A stretch of 64,000 nt of DNA, taken from NCBI GenBank assembly GCA_964463155.1, contig CAYXAY010000001.1, positions 1,407 to 65,406 on the forward strand, in the 5' to 3' direction. The stretch is from an uncultured archaeon (GTDB lineage: Archaea > Iainarchaeota > Iainarchaeia > Iainarchaeales > CSSED10-239). Made by a program: the position numbers and the translations under genes. The notes under the pieces are model-generated. The model saw only the letters and a list, made by a program, of their open reading frames with translations, searched no databases and had not been told where the DNA came from. Of the stretch, positions 58,216 to 64,000 are shown one piece after another (the first letter of the stretch is position 1; every line of letters begins with the position of its first letter).

Positions 58216-59304
58216 TTGAAAAAAAACATCTTTGTAAAGGATGTCACTGAAAAAGTAACAAGCATCTTTAAAGATGAGTCTGTCTTTTACCCAAGCTATT
58301 TCCCTGAGGACATAAAATCAAGGGATAAAGAAATCCAAGAATTAAGCTATAACCTTAGGCCAATCTCTGAAAACAAAAAAGCTCGAAATCTTTTGTTGTT
58401 TGGTCCTCCCGGAACAGGAAAGACATTAGTTTCAAAATATGTTTTAAAGCAGTTTTTAGAGTTCACGCAAAAAGGGAAATTCATTTACATAAATGCAATT
58501 GAGGACAATACAAGATTTGCTTTGTATTCTAAGCTTTTGTCTCTTTACAACTCTCCTCTCCCAAGAAGGGGGTTAGGCATTGACGAGATTCTTTTAAGAA
58601 TAAAAGAAGAGATGTCAAAAACAGACTTTGTTCCAATAGTTGTTATTGATGAGGTTGACAAACTTGAAAAATCAGAAATCTCAACAATACTTTATGATCT
58701 CTCTAGAACGGAAGTTGGAAAGAAGTATTTTGCTTTAATACTTATAACAAACAATAGGGTGTTTCAGTTTTCCTTAGACCCAAGGGTTCAAAGTTCTCTT
58801 TTCTTGACAGAGGTTGAGTTTAAAAGATATTCTCCAATTGAGTTAAAGGAAATCTTAAAGGAAAGAATAGAGTATGGTCTGATTTCTAGTGCAATATCAG
58901 AAGACAATCTAGGCTACATCACAGGTTATGCTGCAAAGAATGGGGGAGATGCAAGGATAGCAATTGATATCCTTTATAAGTCTGCAAAACTTACAGAAAA
59001 GAAAGGAAACCTAAAAATAGATAAACAAACAATTCTAGAGTCAGAAAAATTGATTGATGCAGTAAAACTTTGCGAAAAACTAAACTACATTGATTCAAGA
59101 GAAAAAGAAATCATAAAAGTGATTCCTGAAATTGGAATAGATAGTGGAACACTTTACAAAAAGTTTTCAAAAGACTCAGACAGAACAATAAGAAGGCATC
59201 TTGATAATCTAGAAAACATAGGTCTAATAAAAATCAAGGAAAACATTTCCCAGAAAGGAAAGACAAGAAACATCAGTTTGACATTTAGTAAAGAGTTATT
59301 ATAA
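58216..59304 (+). CDS. orc1: Orc1/Cdc6 replication initiator paralog 2 (TTG start)
   Basis: LLLFGPPGTGKT Walker A, VIDEVD Walker B, C-terminal winged helix; 362 aa. Confidence 0.85.
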   Translation: MKKNIFVKDVTEKVTSIFKDESVFYPSYFPEDIKSRDKEIQELSYNLRPISENKKARNLLLFGPPGTGKTLVSKYVLKQFLEFTQKGKFIYINAIEDNTRFALYSKLLSLYNSPLPRRGLGIDEILLRIKEEMSKTDFVPIVVIDEVDKLEKSEISTILYDLSRTEVGKKYFALILITNNRVFQFSLDPRVQSSLFLTEVEFKRYSPIELKEILKERIEYGLISSAISEDNLGYITGYAAKNGGDARIAIDILYKSAKLTEKKGNLKIDKQTILESEKLIDAVKLCEKLNYIDSREKEIIKVIPEIGIDSGTLYKKFSKDSDRTIRRHLDNLENIGLIKIKENISQKGKTRNISLTFSKELL

Positions 59305-59336
59305 ACTAATAAAAAACAAAACTAAATAATGAATAT

Positions 59337-60095
59337 TTACTCATTATCTACTCTTGGCGCCAAGTAGTATCTGACTGCAGCAGAACCGATTGTGTAGTTT
59401 AGTTCTATTGGCATGTCGTCTTTTAGCTTCAAGGTTATTGTTGTTTTTGCGTTTTTAATCATGTTTTGAAGATAGTCTAATGGGAACATTGCTTTTGCCT
59501 TTTTTCCTGAAATAACAATATCTCCTGCTTCAACTTCTTGCTTGAATTTTCCTTTAGAGCTTTGTGTCTCCAAAATGAACTTTTCGTCTCCAACCCTTAA
59601 TGTTATATGAGAACTAAAAAGAGCAGCGTCCTTGATTCCTGCTAATAATTGGTCAGAACCAACCTGCACAGTCACATCAAATGGTATCTGTGGAAGTGGA
59701 TGTTGCTGGTCTGAAACATCAATTAAAGGCATAGTAAAGGATCTTTTGGATTTTCCAATAAACTCAATCTGTATGCTTGGCTTTCCTTCCGTTATCTCAA
59801 TTGAAAGTTTATCATCTGCATTTGAGTGTGATAAAATCTGTAAAAGATTATTAATATTAATACCAAACGACAGCTTGCTTGTGCTTTCCTGCCCAATATC
59901 AGTAATGAATTCTTCAAAGGCCTCTTTTGGCATTACAAAGTCAACAAGACTTATTTGGCTAGGGTCTGTTGCTCTTAAATAGAATTTGTTCTTGTCAATG
60001 GTAAACAAGCCTTCATTAATCAATACTCCAATAGCATCTATACATTTATAAAATTCCTTTGCGTCCTTTATAACTAATTTTATCATACAATCCAC
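59337..60095 (-). CDS. pcn: PCNA sliding clamp
   Basis: 252 aa two-domain clamp; FEEF..., typical archaeal PCNA length and pattern. Confidence 0.8.
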   Translation of the reverse strand: MDCMIKLVIKDAKEFYKCIDAIGVLINEGLFTIDKNKFYLRATDPSQISLVDFVMPKEAFEEFITDIGQESTSKLSFGININNLLQILSHSNADDKLSIEITEGKPSIQIEFIGKSKRSFTMPLIDVSDQQHPLPQIPFDVTVQVGSDQLLAGIKDAALFSSHITLRVGDEKFILETQSSKGKFKQEVEAGDIVISGKKAKAMFPLDYLQNMIKNAKTTITLKLKDDMPIELNYTIGSAAVRYYLAPRVDNE

Positions 60096-60103
60096 CTCAT
60101 ATA

Positions 60104-60826
60104 TTATTGAAACAAAACTAATTTAATATATCCTATATATGGAATCCGCCCTATTTTTTTACCTTTTACTATGTTTTCTTTTATTGGATATAGATTAATA
60201 CAGGGCTTTTGCGCAATAATCTTTTCATTGACAATAGCGACTTCACAGTCCTGGTCAATAAAAACATTGGTTTTGTGATTGTCCCCTTTTGTAAGGTAAA
60301 AAACACCGTCTTTAGCATTAATCTTTACAATTGCTCTATGTATGATGTCTCTCCCAGTTTTATTTGAAGGATAAACAATAATATCATTTTTCCTGTCAAT
60401 AGCATCCAAAAGAGAAATGTTTTTGTCTGCAATCTTTATGCTGTCTGCTTCTAGCAACCCATATTGGTTTTTAGAATAACTAATCTCTGCAAACTCAGAA
60501 AGGTCCTTTTTTGCAACATTTTGATTAATGGTTACTTCTTCAACCGTTAGTTCCTTAGGATTTGTAAGAACAACAACATCTCCCCGATAAAGGTTGGGCT
60601 CCATTGATGAACTTACAACAATTGCCATAGGCATTGCAGTTCCAAGAATCAGTCCAAGTATCTTGTATATAAGCATTGCAAGCAAAAAAGAAACAATAAT
60701 ATTAACTATCCAATAAATAGCAGATTTCCAAAAACAGTCGGGCTTACCAATCCATTTTTCAAGACCCAAATCAACATAGTTAAAAGGGTCTATATAAAAC
60801 CAAAAGCTTCTTTTCTTTTCTTTCAT
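60104..60826 (-). CDS. Signal peptidase I (archaeal Sec11/S26B type)
   Basis: N-terminal TM then VVSSSMEPNLYRGDVVVL catalytic Ser box; 240 aa. Confidence 0.75.
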   Translation of the reverse strand: MKEKKRSFWFYIDPFNYVDLGLEKWIGKPDCFWKSAIYWIVNIIVSFLLAMLIYKILGLILGTAMPMAIVVSSSMEPNLYRGDVVVLTNPKELTVEEVTINQNVAKKDLSEFAEISYSKNQYGLLEADSIKIADKNISLLDAIDRKNDIIVYPSNKTGRDIIHRAIVKINAKDGVFYLTKGDNHKTNVFIDQDCEVAIVNEKIIAQKPCINLYPIKENIVKGKKIGRIPYIGYIKLVLFQ

Positions 60827-61104
60827 TTTTTGTTTACGGCCTTTTCAAGATTTTTAATAATTCCATTAAATTTTTCTTCTGCTTCAGCTATACAGTCTAA
60901 TAAAACATCTCTTGCTGCTTTGTCTTTTGTCCTTAAATAGATTGTAAATTCTCCAGTAAGGTTGTCTGCGTCTTTTTTTGAAACAAACTCAATGTCTTTC
61001 TTTCTTGAAGCAATATCTACTATCAAATCAAAGAAAGAAGAGTCTTCTCCTTTTACAGTAAACTCAATCTCGTTTTTGCTTTTGTTAATAAAATTTATAT
61101 CCAT
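60823..61104 (-). CDS. rpoL: DNA-directed RNA polymerase subunit L (Rpo11)
   Basis: 93 aa; EFTVKGEDSSFFDLIVD...FVSKKDADNLTGEFTIYLRT consistent with RpoL fold pattern. Confidence 0.5.
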   Translation of the reverse strand: MDINFINKSKNEIEFTVKGEDSSFFDLIVDIASRKKDIEFVSKKDADNLTGEFTIYLRTKDKAARDVLLDCIAEAEEKFNGIIKNLEKAVNKK

Positions 61105-61111
61105 TACTATT

Positions 61112-61519
61112 TCACCTTTCTATTGCAAATTTCTTTTTTAGGAGGTTTCCACAAACCTCACAGGTTGCAGAAGTGTTAAGTATATTTTTACATTTCTTAC
61201 AGATCGTTCTAATAACTCCAAGCTCTTGGTTGTTTGTAACCATCTTATATTCATAAGGTCCAACCTCTGATATCTTTGCCCTTATGATATCTCCTTTAGA
61301 GAAACAATCAGATGTTGATTCAACAAACTTGGTGTCCATGTTCTTAACAAACAACACCCCCATATCTGCAGGAGATAAAACCTTGTTTTCAGCATTGACT
61401 ACTTCAACAACAGCCATATTATCTTTAACAACAACAATCTCGCCAATTACAATGTCTCCAACAGCAAGCTTCTCTTTCTTTCTGATATTAGCTAGTACTG
61501 TGCTTAACTCTATATTCAT
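61112..61519 (-). CDS. csl4: Exosome subunit Csl4-like (S1 domain + Zn ribbon)
   Basis: S1-like GDIVIGEIVVVKDNMAVVEV... and C-terminal CKKCKN...CEVCGN zinc ribbon. Confidence 0.5.
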   Translation of the reverse strand: MNIELSTVLANIRKKEKLAVGDIVIGEIVVVKDNMAVVEVVNAENKVLSPADMGVLFVKNMDTKFVESTSDCFSKGDIIRAKISEVGPYEYKMVTNNQELGVIRTICKKCKNILNTSATCEVCGNLLKKKFAIER

Positions 61520-61616
61520 AAATTAGTTCCATTTTATAAGTTTTGTTCTACTATATATTTATATAAAAAAACATTTATATATTGTTGGTTTAAATATTCT
61601 TTAGGAGTGAAAGGCA

Positions 61617-62474
61617 ATGGTACTAGAATTCATATATAGTCCACAAAAGATATTAAAAAGACCAAGTATAATTTTTTTTGAGGCGGTATTTATCTCTTTG
61701 ATGTCTGTTGTCTTTTCAGTATACATCTTTCCAAAGCAATACATAAGTATAGGAATTTTGGCATTTATTACAATAGGACTTATCCCAATCTTTGCAAAGC
61801 TTTTCTCATACAACTCCTATCTTTTCAATTATTCCGAAGGTTTCTTTCAAAGGCACAAGACTTTAATTTTTCAGATTATGTATGTGTTTTTAGGAATCTT
61901 TGTTGCCTTTATTTTTTTGTTTTTTGTTGTTAGCTCACAAACAAGGGACGTAATTTTTGCAACACAGTTTTCAGAAATAAAGGGCGTTGAAGAAATAAGA
62001 AACTCAATTACCGGGCAAGTGAGTGCAACACAAATTAAAGAGAATAAATTCTCAATGGTTTTTAATATAGTCTTTAAGAACAATCTTGGAGTAATTCTAA
62101 GAGCAGCTGCCTTGTCTTTTTTCTATGGTGCTGGTGCAATCTTTTTGATTGCCTGGAATGCATCAATTCTTGCAGTAGTTATTGCAAACAACATCTTTCT
62201 TGGAATGGGTGGACCAGTCGGTGTTCTTGATGCATTACAAGGAATCGGCCAATCTCTTGTTAATCTTTTAGGTTATGTTCCTCATGGTCTTCCAGAAATG
62301 CTTGCATATTTTATAGTTAGTTTTGCAGGAGCAATCTTTGCAAGGGACTTGATGAAGGGTCTATTCACTACTGAGTTTAGATTGGTAGTGATAAAGGATC
62401 TTTTGTGGCTTATATTTATTGCAATGCTTCTCTTAGTAATTGGCGCATTAATAGAAGCAAGCTATTTCTTATAG
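61617..62474 (+). CDS. SpoIIM/DUF95-family membrane protein
   Basis: YVPHGLPEMLAYFIVSFAGAIFA motif and 5-6 TM helices. Confidence 0.55.
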   Translation: MVLEFIYSPQKILKRPSIIFFEAVFISLMSVVFSVYIFPKQYISIGILAFITIGLIPIFAKLFSYNSYLFNYSEGFFQRHKTLIFQIMYVFLGIFVAFIFLFFVVSSQTRDVIFATQFSEIKGVEEIRNSITGQVSATQIKENKFSMVFNIVFKNNLGVILRAAALSFFYGAGAIFLIAWNASILAVVIANNIFLGMGGPVGVLDALQGIGQSLVNLLGYVPHGLPEMLAYFIVSFAGAIFARDLMKGLFTTEFRLVVIKDLLWLIFIAMLLLVIGALIEASYFL

Positions 62475-62521
62475 CCTTATTCTTGTAGCTTTATATATTT
62501 TTTTGTATTAAATATATTTAT

Positions 62522-63523
62522 ATGCAAGACCATAATTATCTTTTAAGATATCCTTTCTCAAACAAGGCAAGAGAGTACATTCAAAACAACGGAATTGACT
62601 TGCTATCAGTGGAGTATCAGACATTAGAGAAAGTAAAAAAGTTTTTAACAGACGAGATGAACCAAGACCACAACACTTTAGAAAGATATTGGTTCCAGTT
62701 ATCAAACATAAATGACGAGGCAATAGCAATAAGCTATGTTAAGATTTATCCGTTGTCAAAGGTTATTCTTTCAATAATTGGCAATGTTCCATTAACACAG
62801 TCTTTTGCAAACTATTATCAAAAAAGGTTTTTATATTTTTCAAGTAAGGAAAAAATATCAGAAAATTTCAAGGAAATAACAAAAGACATTTGCCCAAAGC
62901 TTAAGTGTGATGCGTCAAAAGAGCAATATTACATTTCATTGATTGACTTGTTGACTCTTGATTTAGGAGAGGACTACAAGCTACAATACACAAACCTTAA
63001 AGAAGGAAATATTTTCTTTCCAGGAAAAGAACAGTTATTGGCTTTTTTGGCAGTTGTTCTAAAGAAAAGAATATTAAGAACAACCGAAGTTAATAAAAAA
63101 GAGCTTCCAAAAGCCTTTCTAGAAATTGCAGAATGCATAAAAAGAAATTATCTTTCAAAACAAAGAACACAAGACAATGTTGATTACAGGTATTCAGGGA
63201 AACTTTCAAACAATCAGTTTCCTCCATGCTTTGACAAGTTTTACAATGACTTGTTGTCAGGAAAAAAGCTATCGCATGTTGCAAACTATCACTTGGCTGT
63301 TTTTCTTGCAGGAGTCGGCTATGATTTTAATGAGATTTTAAATATCTACAGTAACGCCCCTAACTTTGAGCAAAAGACCGCAAGCTATCAGATAAAAAAA
63401 ATCTTTGAAAAAAAATACTCAATAGCAAACTGCGAAACCCTTAAATCAAATGATCTTTGCGTTTATGAATGCAAGATCAAACACCCTTTACAATTATTGA
63501 AAAAAGACAAAACAAAAAAATAA
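62522..63523 (+). CDS. priL: DNA primase large subunit PriL
   Basis: FPPCFDKFYNDLLSGKKLSHVANYHLAVFLAGVGY matches PriL Fe-S/helical domain signature. Confidence 0.75.
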   Translation: MQDHNYLLRYPFSNKAREYIQNNGIDLLSVEYQTLEKVKKFLTDEMNQDHNTLERYWFQLSNINDEAIAISYVKIYPLSKVILSIIGNVPLTQSFANYYQKRFLYFSSKEKISENFKEITKDICPKLKCDASKEQYYISLIDLLTLDLGEDYKLQYTNLKEGNIFFPGKEQLLAFLAVVLKKRILRTTEVNKKELPKAFLEIAECIKRNYLSKQRTQDNVDYRYSGKLSNNQFPPCFDKFYNDLLSGKKLSHVANYHLAVFLAGVGYDFNEILNIYSNAPNFEQKTASYQIKKIFEKKYSIANCETLKSNDLCVYECKIKHPLQLLKKDKTKK

Positions 63524-63531
63524 GATAAAAT

Positions 63532-64000
63532 ATGTTTGGATTAAAGAAAAAACCAAAAAACAAAAACAAGTTAGTGTTAATTATTCTTGATGGCGTAGGA
63601 GTCAATAGACCAGGTAAGGGTAATGCTGTTACATTAGCAAACATGGCAATCTTTAACAGTCTAAAAACCAATTACCCTAATATGGTTCTTGGAGCAAGCG
63701 AAGAATATGTGGGTCTTCCAAAAAAACAGATTGGGTCTTCAGAGATTGGTCATTTTACTTTAGGGGCAGGGAGAATAGTTGATTCAGAAATTGTAAGAAT
63801 TGACAAGGCAATAAAGAACGGAGAGTTCTACAAAAACCAAACACTAAACACAGAACTTTCAAAAGTAAAAGGCTTTAATGCTTTGCATATTGTGGGATTG
63901 TTAAGCGATGGCGGAGTGCATTCTTCTATCAATCATTTGTTTGCTTTGCTTGAAGTAGTAAACCGACACAATAACCTTTCACAAGTATATCTTCATCTTT
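63532..64000 (+). CDS. apgM: 2,3-bisphosphoglycerate-independent phosphoglycerate mutase, N-terminal part (runs off window end)
   Basis: LVLIILDGVGVN...GNAV..A, GSSEIGHFTLGAGRIV metal-site motif; no stop before window end. Confidence 0.75.
   Translation, partial: MFGLKKKPKNKNKLVLIILDGVGVNRPGKGNAVTLANMAIFNSLKTNYPNMVLGASEEYVGLPKKQIGSSEIGHFTLGAGRIVDSEIVRIDKAIKNGEFYKNQTLNTELSKVKGFNALHIVGLLSDGGVHSSINHLFALLEVVNRHNNLSQVYLHL

Noticed and set aside
1-64000. CRISPR arrays, IS elements or transposases, restriction-modification or other recognisable defence genes, and tRNA/rRNA genes
   Set aside because: No regularly spaced direct repeats, no transposase/integrase-like ORFs, no methyltransferase or nuclease pairs, and no GC-rich cloverleaf-sized intergenic segments were found on visual inspection of either strand. 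Short ncRNAs cannot be fully excluded without covariance models.

Overview
This window reads as a low-GC (~30%), gene-dense archaeal chromosome segment, most likely from a small-genome DPANN-type archaeon. Supporting signs are archaeal information-processing genes, standard stop codons, frequent TTG/GTG starts, GGAGG Shine-Dalgarno motifs, and short overlapping genes.

Housekeeping content:
- Replication genes: RFC small subunit, PolD DP1 and DP2, two Orc1/Cdc6 paralogs, PCNA, PriL, and a partial type IA topoisomerase at the left edge.
- Translation and RNA genes: ribosomal proteins S3Ae and S15, a class I aminoacyl-tRNA synthetase (probably ValRS), ThiI, MnmA, a MiaB-like enzyme, EndA, diphthine synthase, a DRG GTPase and a NOG1-like GTPase, Bud32, NAC, RpoL and Csl4.
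- Others: SecF and SecD, signal peptidase, SepF, a bacterial-type grpE-dnaK-dnaJ operon, and a partial iPGM at the right edge.

The standout is a ~13 kb co-directional type IV pilus (Epd/Tad-like) locus at 5498-18882. It encodes a FlaI/TadA-family ATPase, two TadC-like platform proteins, nine prepilins that share a [KR][GA]-Q-x-x-x-E class III signal peptide, an EppA/PibD-type prepilin peptidase, and accessory membrane proteins. Two tandem paralogs in it (10028-11542 and 11556-13148) fuse the pilin N-terminus to a C-terminal FGE-sulfatase / C-type-lectin-fold domain. That domain appears to lack the catalytic Cys pair, so these look like pilus-borne adhesins or lectins.

A second, incomplete filament module sits at 51363-55096: two TadC-like genes and four Pilin_N-type pilins with conserved Cys pairs. 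A third cluster of small pilin-like genes lies on the minus strand at 56622-58053.

Other notable items are a degraded tRNA-dihydrouridine synthase pseudogene at 40070-40954, a sepF operon with a tail-anchored internal-repeat protein, tandem palindromic operator-like sites at 32391-32428, and an unusually long 460-bp convergent non-coding region at 47695-48154. I found no CRISPR array, no recognisable mobile element and no tRNA gene.
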